From Candidatus Eiseniibacteriota bacterium (GTDB lineage Bacteria > Eisenbacteria > RBG-16-71-46): DNA of 64,000 nt. The first letter of the stretch is position 1. Every line of letters begins with the position of its first letter. The notes under the pieces were generated by a model. That model worked only from the letters and a program-made list of their open reading frames with translations, did not search any database and was not told where the DNA came from. The DNA lies in assembly GCA_041483195.1 (NCBI GenBank), contig JBGPFC010000005.1, positions 1 through 64,000 of the forward strand, given 5' to 3'. Below, one piece after another: positions 8,112 to 17,257 of the stretch. The translations under genes and the position numbers were made by a program.

Positions 8112-8815
8112 TATTCCGGCCTCTTCGGCCCCACTTCGTCGAGCGAACGCAGGTACTCGACCAGGAAATCCCGCGCGAGGTCGCGGCATCCGAGGCCGAA
8201 CGCCAGCGCCAGCCCGAGGCCGGCCGTCGCGACGGCCACGATGCCGATCGCCATGACGAACTGCGCGGCCAGGCCGAGCTGCTCGAGCGCGAGCAGCGCC
8301 GCGAACCCGGTAAGGACCGCCGAGACGATCCGCCCCTGGAGCTTCGCCGTGCGGATGTCGGCGGATTCGAGGAAGCGCTCGGTGATGCCTCCGATCAGCA
8401 ACGCGATGAACACGCCGACCGCGAACAGCACGGCGGAGGTCACGATCCGCGGCACCACCTCGCTCAGCCGGTCCGCCACCGATGCGCCGAGGCTGAACCC
8501 GAGCGTATCGAGCGCCAGCATCGCGGCGCCCGCCATCACGACCCAGTACACCGCCCAGCCGGCGATGCCGGCCGGCTCGTGCCGGAGCGGCGCATGCGGA
8601 CCCATGAGACGCCGCATGCCTTCATCGAACTTGAGCGCGCGCAGGACGCCGCGCACGACGCGGGAGAGGAGCGCGGCGACCGCCCAGCCCAGCAGCATCA
8701 CCACCAGGGCCGCGGCCGTGTTGATGGCACCCTGGCCGGCCGCGCCTCCCAGGTCTTCGAGACGCGTGAGAAGACTCGACCACGGCTCCGTCTGCAGTAT
8801 CACGAGCGTCGACAT
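8111..8815 (-). CDS. Membrane protein, mechanosensitive-channel TM-helix/CmpX-like
   Basis: Several hydrophobic helices and a C-terminal GLALAFGLGCRDLARD motif. Confidence 0.7.
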   Translation of the reverse strand: MSTLVILQTEPWSSLLTRLEDLGGAAGQGAINTAAALVVMLLGWAVAALLSRVVRGVLRALKFDEGMRRLMGPHAPLRHEPAGIAGWAVYWVVMAGAAMLALDTLGFSLGASVADRLSEVVPRIVTSAVLFAVGVFIALLIGGITERFLESADIRTAKLQGRIVSAVLTGFAALLALEQLGLAAQFVMAIGIVAVATAGLGLALAFGLGCRDLARDFLVEYLRSLDEVGPKRPE

Positions 8816-8840
8816 GCGATCACCTCCACGTTGTGCGGGC

Positions 8841-10448
8841 TCAACCGGGCGTGCGCCCGGGTTCGGAGGCCGATGCGGGCGGGGCCTCCCTGGCGGGTGT
8901 TCTGAGGTTCAGGCCCACGATGGTGTCGAGCACGTCGAGCGTCCAATCGAAGATGTTCCGGCGCAGCACCGTCTCGCGCAGCGCCGCCATGCGCTCGCGG
9001 CGCCCGTCGGCCGGCTCGGAGAGCGCGTCGTGGTACGCGTCCGCCAGCGCCTCGCGGTCGAAGGGGGAGACGAGCCAGGCCCGCTCGAGTTCCCGCGCCG
9101 CGCCCGTGAAGGGCGACAACACGAGCGCGCCCTCGAGATCGGGCGAGGCGGCGAGGTATTCCTTGGCCACCAGGTTCATGCCGTCGTGGAGCGACGTCAC
9201 CGTGCACAGGTCCGCCATGCGGTAGTAGGGGACAAGTTCGCGGAAATCGAGATTGCTCTCGATCAGGTGCACCGTGGGACCCGCCGCGCGCGGGTAGCGG
9301 CGGTTGATGGTCTCGGCCCAGCGGCGCGTCCGAAGCTTCACGTTGCGGTACTCTCGCAGCTCGATGCGGGACGGCACGCCGATCTGGATGAAGACGAGTC
9401 GCCCCCGCCACTCGGGGTGCTTCTCGAGCAGCCGATCGAGCGCCTCGAACCGCTCGGGAATTCCCTTCGTGTAGTCGAGCCGGTCCACCCCGAGGACGAT
9501 CTTGCAGCCCTCGAGCCCCAGTCGCTCGCGGATATCGGCCTCGGCCCGCCGCGTCTCCGCGGTCTCCGCGAGGGCCGCGATCTGCTCGGCGTCCACGCTG
9601 ATCGCGACCGGGTGCACCCAGGTGCGCCGGCCCGCGCGGTCCACCGCCAGCCGCTCGAAATCCACGCGCGCCTCGAGCGATTCCGCGACGCTGTCGAGGA
9701 AGTTCATCGCGTGGCGGCGGATGTGGAATCCCACGAAGTCGTTCGCCAGCATTCCGGCGAGGACCTCTTCCTTCCAGGGCAAGACGCGGAACGCCTCGGG
9801 ATTGGGCCACGGAATGTGCCAGAACATCGCCACCTGAAGATCGGGACGTTTCTCTTTGATGAATCGCGCCGCCAGCGCGAGGTGGTAGTCCTGAATGAAG
9901 ACCAGCGCCGGCAGGTCGCCGACTTCCTCGAGCACTGCCTCGGCGAAACGCAGGTTGACCTTCTGGTATGACCTCCAGTCCGCGATGCGGAACAGCGGCC
10001 GCACGTACACGACGTGGCACAACGGCCACAGCGCGCTGTTGGCGAACCCCGAGTAGTAGTGAGCGTGATCCGCGTGCGTGAGCCAGAGCCGCCGCAGGGT
10101 GTAGCGAGGGCGATCGGGCGGACACGCGATCCGATCGTGGGCGTCCACCACCTCGCGGTCGGCATCGCCGCCGCCGTGGGCGACCCACACGCCGCCCAGC
10201 GCCTGCATGACCGCATCGAGCGCGACGGTCAGCCCGCCCGCGTTGCGGATCGCGCGGAGCTCGCCGTCCACGCGCTGATGCGAGTAGGGCTCCCGATTGG
10301 AGACCACGACCAGCTTGCGGTTCGGGAGATGGGCCTGAGCCCAGGCGACGAGGTCGGCCTGCGTCGTACGCGGAGGACCCTCGCTTCGCTGTTGCGTTCG
10401 AATCGCGGCGCGGCTGAGTGCCGAGCGAGCCCTCTCGGCAAGGTCCAC
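8841..10448 (-). CDS. otsA: Trehalose-6-phosphate synthase (GT20)
   Basis: VVSNREPY, AGGL, YYSGFANSALWPLCH, QDYHL, FWHIPWP, GVDRLDYTKGI and DGMNLVAKEY motifs. Confidence 0.95.
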   Translation of the reverse strand: MDLAERARSALSRAAIRTQQRSEGPPRTTQADLVAWAQAHLPNRKLVVVSNREPYSHQRVDGELRAIRNAGGLTVALDAVMQALGGVWVAHGGGDADREVVDAHDRIACPPDRPRYTLRRLWLTHADHAHYYSGFANSALWPLCHVVYVRPLFRIADWRSYQKVNLRFAEAVLEEVGDLPALVFIQDYHLALAARFIKEKRPDLQVAMFWHIPWPNPEAFRVLPWKEEVLAGMLANDFVGFHIRRHAMNFLDSVAESLEARVDFERLAVDRAGRRTWVHPVAISVDAEQIAALAETAETRRAEADIRERLGLEGCKIVLGVDRLDYTKGIPERFEALDRLLEKHPEWRGRLVFIQIGVPSRIELREYRNVKLRTRRWAETINRRYPRAAGPTVHLIESNLDFRELVPYYRMADLCTVTSLHDGMNLVAKEYLAASPDLEGALVLSPFTGAARELERAWLVSPFDREALADAYHDALSEPADGRRERMAALRETVLRRNIFDWTLDVLDTIVGLNLRTPAREAPPASASEPGRTPG

Positions 10449-10593
10449 GGCGACCTCCTTCGGAGTGCCCGCCTCCGCGGCGCCGGGGGAGGCGTACGGG
10501 CAGCGAATCGGGCGCTCGTTCGAGCCTCGTTGACGTCATCCGGAGGCTACGAGACGATGAGCGGGCGGTCAACCTTGGCGGGGCGCCCCCAAC

Positions 10594-11400
10594 ATGCGGC
10601 CTCCAGATGCTCTCGAAGGCGTTGCGGAAGAGCTGTGGCGCATGGCGTCGCTCGCCCGCCACCGGCTGCTGATGCTCGATTACGACGGGACGCTGGCCCC
10701 CTTCACCGTCGTCCGCGACGAGGCGCGGCCCGCGCAGCGCACGCTGGAATTATTGCGCCGCATCGGCACGGGGTCCCGCACGATCGTCGCGATCGTCTCG
10801 GGGCGTCCGCTGGTCGAGCTCGAGCGAATGATCGGAGCGCTGCCGGCTATCTTCGTCGGCGAGCACGGCTGGGAACGGCGCGCGCCCGACGGGAGCCTCG
10901 TGCTGCGCCCGCTGGACCCATCGGTCGCGACCATGATCGAGGACGCCGAGCGCATGGCGCGCGCCTCGGGCTTGAGCGAATGGCTCGAGCGCAAGCGCTC
11001 GGCGATCGTCCTCCACACCCGGTCGCTCCCCCCCGAACAGGCTGTCGCGTTGAACGAACGCTGCGTCGCCGCGTGGCGGAGCCTCACCCTCGGAGGCCGC
11101 GTGACGTTGGATCGGATCGATGGCGGGGTGGAGCTGCGCGCGAGCGGATGGGGCAAGGGAAGTGTCGTAGGTTCGCTGCTCTCGCAGTCACCGCCCGAAA
11201 CGCTCTGCGTGTTCGTCGGCGACGACGTGGCGGACGAGGACGCCTTCGCCGTCGTCCGCGAGCGCGGGTTCGGCGTCCGGGTGGGCGATCGCGAGTTGCC
11301 GTCGCTCGCAATGGGCCGCCTGCCATCGAGCGAGGCGGTGACGGTGTTTCTCGAGAGGTGGCTCGAGGTGGTCGAGGACGCGGCAGGCACGGCGCCCTGA
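10594..11400 (+). CDS. otsB: Trehalose-6-phosphate phosphatase (HAD)
   Basis: LDYDGTL, IVSGR, GEHG and GDDVADEDAF motifs; divergent from otsA. Confidence 0.9.
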   Translation: MRPPDALEGVAEELWRMASLARHRLLMLDYDGTLAPFTVVRDEARPAQRTLELLRRIGTGSRTIVAIVSGRPLVELERMIGALPAIFVGEHGWERRAPDGSLVLRPLDPSVATMIEDAERMARASGLSEWLERKRSAIVLHTRSLPPEQAVALNERCVAAWRSLTLGGRVTLDRIDGGVELRASGWGKGSVVGSLLSQSPPETLCVFVGDDVADEDAFAVVRERGFGVRVGDRELPSLAMGRLPSSEAVTVFLERWLEVVEDAAGTAP

Positions 11401-11452
11401 GCCCGCCGGACCGCTGCCGGATCGCGGCGGTCTCGGTCGCGCTGGGGGGCGC

Positions 11453-11896
11453 CTACCCGTTCGGATTCGCGCTCGCGGGACGTCGAGGCTCAACCGCGCG
11501 CTTGCGCCCGATCAACCCATCGACGCTCCAATCGCCGCCGCCCCGCGCCGCCAGGTACAGGAAGATGAAGCAGAGCAGCACGGCCGGCGCGCCCATATTC
11601 ACGATGGGCCACGCTCCCTTCGGCGCGTGGAACTGCCAGTACGCGACTGCCATCTCGCCGGACAGAATGAAGGCGACCGGCCGGGTGAAGAGGCCGAGCA
11701 TGATGGCGACGCCGCCGATGACCTCGAGCACGCCGCCGATTCCCGCCTCCGTCATCAGGGGCGCGTGCGAGCCCAGGTGGCCGGGCATGCCCCCGTACCA
11801 GCCGAACAGCTTCATCGCGCCCGGCTGGAAGATCAGCAGCCCCGCGACGATTCGAAGCAGGAAGAGCGTGACCTGTTCGCCGCGATGCGAGTTCAT
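11453..11896 (-). CDS. DoxX-family membrane protein
   Basis: LLRIVAGL..KLFGW, LGLFTRPVAFILSGEMAVAYW and GGGDWSVD motifs. Confidence 0.85.
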   Translation of the reverse strand: MNSHRGEQVTLFLLRIVAGLLIFQPGAMKLFGWYGGMPGHLGSHAPLMTEAGIGGVLEVIGGVAIMLGLFTRPVAFILSGEMAVAYWQFHAPKGAWPIVNMGAPAVLLCFIFLYLAARGGGDWSVDGLIGRKRAVEPRRPASANPNG

Positions 11897-12414
11897 CGAG
11901 TGCCCCCTGAGCGGGTCGCCAGAAATTCGGCGAGACGGTCCAGCATTTCGATCCAGCCCTGCTGCGTCGCTTCGCGCTCATCGATCGAATCGGGAATGGA
12001 ATGCATCAGGGTGAGCTTCGTCCCGCCTTCATTCTCCGCAAACGTCACGGTCACCAGCGTCTCGGAGGGGTGGCCCTCGCTGAACCCGTAAAGGGCCGGG
12101 GGGACCGGGTTGCCGTTCGCGTCGGCGAAGGCGTCGGTGTAGACGATCCGCTCCGGCGCGACGATTTCGCGAAAGATGCCGATGCCCCAGATGTCGCGCC
12201 CCTCGGGCAGCCGCATGCAGTAGTGGAATACGCCGCCCACGCGGAGATCCACGGTGCAGAACGGCGTCGTGCAGCCCTTCGGCGCCCACCAGCGCATCAG
12301 GTGCTCAGGCCTGGTCCAGGCCTCGAACACCCGCTGGCGCGGAGCATCGATGATGCGAGTGGTGACGATCCCAGGGTCCATGGTCTTCGCGAGGGGGCGA
12401 TTGCCTTCGTTCAT
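11893..12414 (-). CDS. SRPBCC/AHSA1-like domain protein
   Basis: TRIIDAPRQRVFEAWT, DLRVGG, PERIVYT and GW motifs. AAGGAG RBS before ATG 12414. Confidence 0.85.
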   Translation of the reverse strand: MNEGNRPLAKTMDPGIVTTRIIDAPRQRVFEAWTRPEHLMRWWAPKGCTTPFCTVDLRVGGVFHYCMRLPEGRDIWGIGIFREIVAPERIVYTDAFADANGNPVPPALYGFSEGHPSETLVTVTFAENEGGTKLTLMHSIPDSIDEREATQQGWIEMLDRLAEFLATRSGGTR

Positions 12415-12484
12415 CTCGCTCTCCTTTGGGTTGCGGCCCGCGCACGAGGTCGTGCGGTCGGCCACGTGATTAGTGCGCCTCGGG

Positions 12485-12955
12485 CTACTCCGCGAGTTGC
12501 GCGGCGAGCAGCCGCGCCAGGCGGTCGAATCCCGAGCCCCAGCCCGAGCCGTGGTGATCGCGGGTCTGGCGGTCGGGGAAGAACTCGTGCGTGAGCTTCA
12601 ATCGCGTGCCGCCCGGGATGGCGATGAATTCGAGCGTGACGCGCGCCTCGGGCGCGCCGGCGAGCGGCCCATCCAGCCATCGCGTGTGCCAGACGATGCG
12701 GGCCGGCCGCCGGATCTTGGCATAGCGCGCCGTGCAGTGGGTGACGCCGCCGGTGGCCACGTCGCTCATGGCGAGGCTCCAGCCGCCGCCGACGCGCGCG
12801 TCGACCGTCATCGTGTCGATCGTGTAGGCGTCCGCCGACCAGATGCTTCGAAGCGCGGCCGCATCGAGAAACGCGCCGAAGACGCGTTCGCGCTCCGCCT
12901 CGAAGTCGCGCGAGAGTTCCAGCGTGGTGTTCGGGTCGGGACCGGCCGCCATCAT
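12485..12955 (-). CDS. SRPBCC/AHSA1-like domain protein
   Basis: DARVGG, GTRLKLTHE and HGSGWGSGFDRL motifs. Confidence 0.8.
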   Translation of the reverse strand: MMAAGPDPNTTLELSRDFEAERERVFGAFLDAAALRSIWSADAYTIDTMTVDARVGGGWSLAMSDVATGGVTHCTARYAKIRRPARIVWHTRWLDGPLAGAPEARVTLEFIAIPGGTRLKLTHEFFPDRQTRDHHGSGWGSGFDRLARLLAAQLAE

Positions 12956-12993
12956 TTCTCACCTCCCATGGTGCTGCTCCCGGTGTCGAAGAA

Positions 12994-13344
12994 CTACTTC
13001 TTCCGGCCGCGTGCCTTGCGTCCTCCCCGCAGTCCGCGGAGGTAGTCGTCCAATCGATCCAGCCGCTGTTCCCAGAGGCTGCGGTACTGCGCGAGCCACA
13101 CGGACGCCTCCTGCAGAGGCACCGCCTCCAGCCGGCAGGGCCGCCATTGCGCCTCGCGGCCGCGTGCGATCAGGCCCGCGCGCTCCAGCACCTTGAGGTG
13201 CTTGGAGACGGCGGGCAGGCTCATGTCGAACGGCTCGGCGAGTTCCGTGACCGCGCGCTCGCCGGACGCGAGCCGGGCGAGGATCGCCCGCCGGGTGGGA
13301 TCGGCGAGTGCTGCGAATGTGGCGTTCAGGCGCTCTGGCGACAT
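12994..13344 (-). CDS. ArsR/SmtB-family transcriptional regulator
   Basis: FAALADPTRRAILARL and SLPAVSKHLKVLERAGLI wHTH motifs. Start placed at MSPERL. Confidence 0.9.
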   Translation of the reverse strand: MSPERLNATFAALADPTRRAILARLASGERAVTELAEPFDMSLPAVSKHLKVLERAGLIARGREAQWRPCRLEAVPLQEASVWLAQYRSLWEQRLDRLDDYLRGLRGGRKARGRKK

Positions 13345-13360
13345 GGGGCGAAGGACCTCC

Positions 13361-13388
13361 GTGTAATCAACCACTCGGTTAAATACAC
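13361..13388. promoter_or_regulatory. Palindromic operator upstream of the ArsR operon
   Basis: GTGTAATCAACC-ACTC-GGTTAAATACAC, a 10/12 inverted repeat just upstream of the arsR-family start. Confidence 0.7.
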
Positions 13389-13479
13389 CAGAGGACCACC
13401 TCGGGTCAAGGGTTACTCGGGATGGGGGAGCAGACGGGCCGAGGATGGATCACGCTCTCGGGCGCCGCCGTCCCGTCGC

Positions 13480-16173
13480 TCAGACCCCGATCCAGAAGGT
13501 GGCTTTCACCGCGAACACGTTCTCGGGCGCGTGGTCGAGCAGCCCGCGATAGTCGCGCGAGAAGTCGAACCCGCCGAGCGGCTGGATATCGGTGCGGTGC
13601 TGCTGCCACACCAGGAATAGCGTCGAGCCGGGGCGATACTCCCAGCGCAACACGGCGTTCCCGAGCAGCGACCGGAAGTTGAAGTCGGGGTCGTCGAACG
13701 CGAAGGTCGCGCCGTTGCCGGGATCGACGGTGTACACGCCGGAGGGATCGCGCGTGATGCTGCCGCGATGCTTGCCGTACACGTCGAACTGGAATTGCTG
13801 CGGCGCGCGCAGCTCCTTGAACTGCGAGTAGTGCCCGGTCACGACCAGCGGCTGCACGTAGATCTGCAGGCTGAGCCGCGGGGTGAGCGTCCAGTCGCAG
13901 CGCGTGTCGAGCGAGAGGATCCGCTGGTCGAGCGTGGCGAACACGTCCCGCTCTCCGTAGGTGGCGGTCGCGTCGGTGTCGGGCACCGATTGCAGATATT
14001 GCCCGAGCGCGTGCGAGGCCGAGTACGACGGCTCGAAGCGCACGCGCAGGGTGGGCGAGGGGCGCAGCGAGACCGACACCGACGGGAAGTCGCCGACGCC
14101 CCCGAATTCGTTCCACGAGTGGGAGAAGTACGGGCTCACGGTCCACGAACGGCGCGAGTCCGAGGTCAGGTTCACGAACCACGACCCGATCTCGGGCGTG
14201 CGCGCCTGCGGGCCGCCGCGCGTGATGCGGTCGTCCATGACGCTCCGATTCAGCGTGATGCGGCTGTCGAAGCTCGAGAAGTCGGGGAACGTGCCGCTCG
14301 CGTCGAGCGCGTAGGAGTCGAACACGCGGTCTCCCCCGAAGTTCCACATCTGATTCTCGAACGGATAGATCGTGTAGTTGCGCAGGAATTTCCCGGGACG
14401 GTTCTCCTGATAGAGCACGATGCTCGAGAATCCCCGGTAGTCGGCGCGCTGGTCGTAGCCGAGGTCGTTGGTCTCGTACCCCGGGCTGCGGCTCACGTAG
14501 GCGAGCGAGGTGAGCCAGTGTGTTCCCGAGGTCTTCGAGATCGAGCCATCGAGCCCGTAGCCCTGGAGCTTCGTGCGATGGGGATCGTACGTGAAGTAGT
14601 CGGCATGATCGGGGCGTTGCAGGTAGCGCGAGCTGGCGCGTTGCGCCGTGGCGATCGCCTGGCTGCTGCCGTCGATGCTTGATCCCGTGAGCGCGGCGTC
14701 CACCGCCCAGCGGCGCTGGCTCCATGCGCTCCCGAAGTCGACTCCGCCGACGTAGGCGTTGGACCTCAACAATCCCAGGAGCGCGGGATCGTCCAGCCGG
14801 CGATTCACGGCGGTGAGCAGCGCGCCGACCGAGGTGTTGCCGGAGCGCAGCTCGCGGCGCGCGCGACCGGTGAAGTAGTGGGTGAGCGGCTCGACCTCGG
14901 CGCTGCGATGGACGCCGAGGGTGTCCACGTAGTCGGCGAGCTCCCGGGTCGTCACCGCGTCGAGCGCTCCGATCGCCCATCCGCCGGCAGTGCGCCCGGT
15001 GAGCTTCGCGGCGCCGCCGATGCTGGTCGCGGGCGGGCTGTCGACGAAACGGAAGTTCGGGCCTCCGAGCACCCGCTGCGGCGCGCGGCCGATGCGCCGC
15101 GAGTTGAAGATCGTGGGCACCCCGATGTTGTTGAACGCGCGAGAGCGGCCGAAGCCGAACAGGTCCGAGCCCTCCACGAAGAACGGGCGGTGCTCGGGAA
15201 ACAGCGTCTCGAACGCCGTGAGGTTCACCTCGGCCGGATCCTGCTCCACCTGCCCGAAGTCGGGATTGACCGTGAGATCGAGCGTGAGGTCGCTGGTGAC
15301 GCCGTACTTGAGATCCCCGCCGGTCGCGCCGAAGTAGTCGCTGTGCGACCGGAACGGATCGTTGCGCGCGACGTCGAGTCGTTCGTTGCGGCCCGACACG
15401 TACGGCATGATCTCGAGACGCTGGGGGCGCTCGAGGCGTCCCAACCCGACGAGTTCGCCGTAGCGACTCACGCCGCCCTGTTCCTTCTTCGGGGTGAAGG
15501 CGAACACCGACCGTTCGCCCCTGCGAAAGATGGTGCGTGCGAGCTGCAGCCCCCAGGCCGCTTCGCCCTGCGTGTTGTATCGCAGCTGCGCGAGCGGGAT
15601 GCGCAGCTCGGCGCTCCAGCCGAGCGAGTCCACGCGGGTGCCGGCCTCCCACACCGCATCCCAGGTGTCGTCCTCGCCGCCGTCGGTGCCGATCGCGCCG
15701 TCGAGGATCGCGCCCGCGGGGTTCACGCGGAAGCGCTTCGCCGTGAGGTGGTCGTGGTAGGAGTCGAGGTACACGTCGAACGCGTCGGTCTCGACCGGAT
15801 CGTCGCGCCGCGAGAGCCGCGCCTTGATCTTCGATGGCTCACGGTCGAACAGCCGCGCGCCGATGTAGAGCGCGTCGTCCCCGATCAGAATCCGCACCTC
15901 GGTGCGCTCGGAGACCGGCTTGCCCTCCTCCGGGTCGTTCTGCGTGAACTCGGTGACCGGCGTCGCCTCCGACCACGCCGCCTCATCGAGCACGCCGTCG
16001 ATGTGGACCGTTCCGCTGAGCCGCGAGGCGATCGCCCGCGGGGGAGGAGCGACGTGACGCGCCGCCGTGGTGTCGGGCGGCTGGGCGAGCGCGGCGTTCG
16101 CGCCCGCGAGCACCATCCACGCGATGAGCGGCGTCGCGCGCACGAGCCCGGGGGTCGAAGGCGGCGGCGTCAT
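13480..16173 (-). CDS. Secreted/outer-membrane protein, CBM9-like sugar-binding domain + DUF5916-like barrel
   Basis: Signal peptide, IDGVLDEAAW, WSAELRIPL, LTVNPDFGQVE, ETLFPEHRPFFVEG and a C-terminal VKATFW. Confidence 0.75.
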   Translation of the reverse strand: MTPPPSTPGLVRATPLIAWMVLAGANAALAQPPDTTAARHVAPPPRAIASRLSGTVHIDGVLDEAAWSEATPVTEFTQNDPEEGKPVSERTEVRILIGDDALYIGARLFDREPSKIKARLSRRDDPVETDAFDVYLDSYHDHLTAKRFRVNPAGAILDGAIGTDGGEDDTWDAVWEAGTRVDSLGWSAELRIPLAQLRYNTQGEAAWGLQLARTIFRRGERSVFAFTPKKEQGGVSRYGELVGLGRLERPQRLEIMPYVSGRNERLDVARNDPFRSHSDYFGATGGDLKYGVTSDLTLDLTVNPDFGQVEQDPAEVNLTAFETLFPEHRPFFVEGSDLFGFGRSRAFNNIGVPTIFNSRRIGRAPQRVLGGPNFRFVDSPPATSIGGAAKLTGRTAGGWAIGALDAVTTRELADYVDTLGVHRSAEVEPLTHYFTGRARRELRSGNTSVGALLTAVNRRLDDPALLGLLRSNAYVGGVDFGSAWSQRRWAVDAALTGSSIDGSSQAIATAQRASSRYLQRPDHADYFTYDPHRTKLQGYGLDGSISKTSGTHWLTSLAYVSRSPGYETNDLGYDQRADYRGFSSIVLYQENRPGKFLRNYTIYPFENQMWNFGGDRVFDSYALDASGTFPDFSSFDSRITLNRSVMDDRITRGGPQARTPEIGSWFVNLTSDSRRSWTVSPYFSHSWNEFGGVGDFPSVSVSLRPSPTLRVRFEPSYSASHALGQYLQSVPDTDATATYGERDVFATLDQRILSLDTRCDWTLTPRLSLQIYVQPLVVTGHYSQFKELRAPQQFQFDVYGKHRGSITRDPSGVYTVDPGNGATFAFDDPDFNFRSLLGNAVLRWEYRPGSTLFLVWQQHRTDIQPLGGFDFSRDYRGLLDHAPENVFAVKATFWIGV

Positions 16174-16564
16174 CGGAAACCTCCGGGGTGAGAAGAGCGA
16201 CTGCCAGGTTCGAAGGGCGGCAGGCGCTTCCGCGCCTCCGCCGTCACTCCGACGATGTAACGTCTCGCAGGGTTGGGCGGCTCATGAGAGAGCGGGCGAC
16301 CGAACATGCGCACGAGCGTGCGCCATGCGCCTGCCGCACGCGCCACTCAACGCACCAGACCCCGCATGCGCGAGACGGACGCGGCGCATCCGGGGCCGGG
16401 CGCGGGGGGCCGCAGGAGCGGGCGGGCACGGGGCAGTCGGACACGCGGCGCGCGCTCGCCCGAAGGCCGGCGCCTTGCGGATGGCACCGACCCGCCCCAT
16501 CGAATAGAATCCGGCGCGTCATCAGGCCCCCGTGATTCAGACCCTCGCAATCGGGAGGTCCATC

Positions 16565-17239
16565 ATGTCTGATCACCGCATCGGTCTCAGCCTCGCGGCG
16601 CTCGCCACCCTCTCCTCGATGCTCGCCGGTTCTCCTCCGGCGGCGTGCGCCCAGTCGCGCGGCATTCAGCTCAGCCTCGGCGCCGAACAGCGCTCGATCC
16701 AGACTCACTTCTACGACTACAACGGCGGCAACGCGCAGAACACCTGGGAGACCTATCCATTGCTGGGCGCCAAGGCGGAGTTGGGAGTGCGCATCTGGCA
16801 ACGCGGGAACACGACCGTTCAGGGCGGGATCGGGCTCGGCGTCTTCAGCGTCGGGGCGTACGACTACGAGGTGCGAATCTCGAAGGGTCAGGGGCCGTCC
16901 GGCGGGTTCGGATACGAGGTGGATCTCATGGCGCAGGGAAGCATCGCGGCCGCGCCCAACCTCTCGCTCTTCGGGCGGGCGGGCGCCAGCTATCTCGGCG
17001 TAGACGTTTCGGGATCATCCACGCTGCCCGCTCCGTACCAGGAAGATTTCAGCGCGGGATTCCCCGACGTGTTCGTGGCCGGCGGCGCCCAGCTCGATTT
17101 CACGCCGAAGTTCTTCGGCGCGGCGCTGGTGCGGGCCAATGTCGCGGACCTCGGCTCGTGGACCGACTACGGAACGAGCCCGGTGGTCTCGAGCGTGAGC
17201 AGCATCGGATTCCGCGCCATGATCGGGATCAAGCTCTAG
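16565..17239 (+). CDS. Outer-membrane beta-barrel protein (small, OmpA/OMP_b-brl-like)
   Basis: GGAGG RBS, signal peptide, alternating amphipathic strands, C-terminal strand FRAMIGIKL. Confidence 0.65.
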   Translation: MSDHRIGLSLAALATLSSMLAGSPPAACAQSRGIQLSLGAEQRSIQTHFYDYNGGNAQNTWETYPLLGAKAELGVRIWQRGNTTVQGGIGLGVFSVGAYDYEVRISKGQGPSGGFGYEVDLMAQGSIAAAPNLSLFGRAGASYLGVDVSGSSTLPAPYQEDFSAGFPDVFVAGGAQLDFTPKFFGAALVRANVADLGSWTDYGTSPVVSSVSSIGFRAMIGIKL

Positions 17240-17257
17240 CGCCGGGCGTGGCCCGTA

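Noticed and set aside
16174..16560. GC-rich divergent intergenic region with short palindromes
   Set aside because: No convincing RNA motif, repeat array or promoter could be defined by eye.
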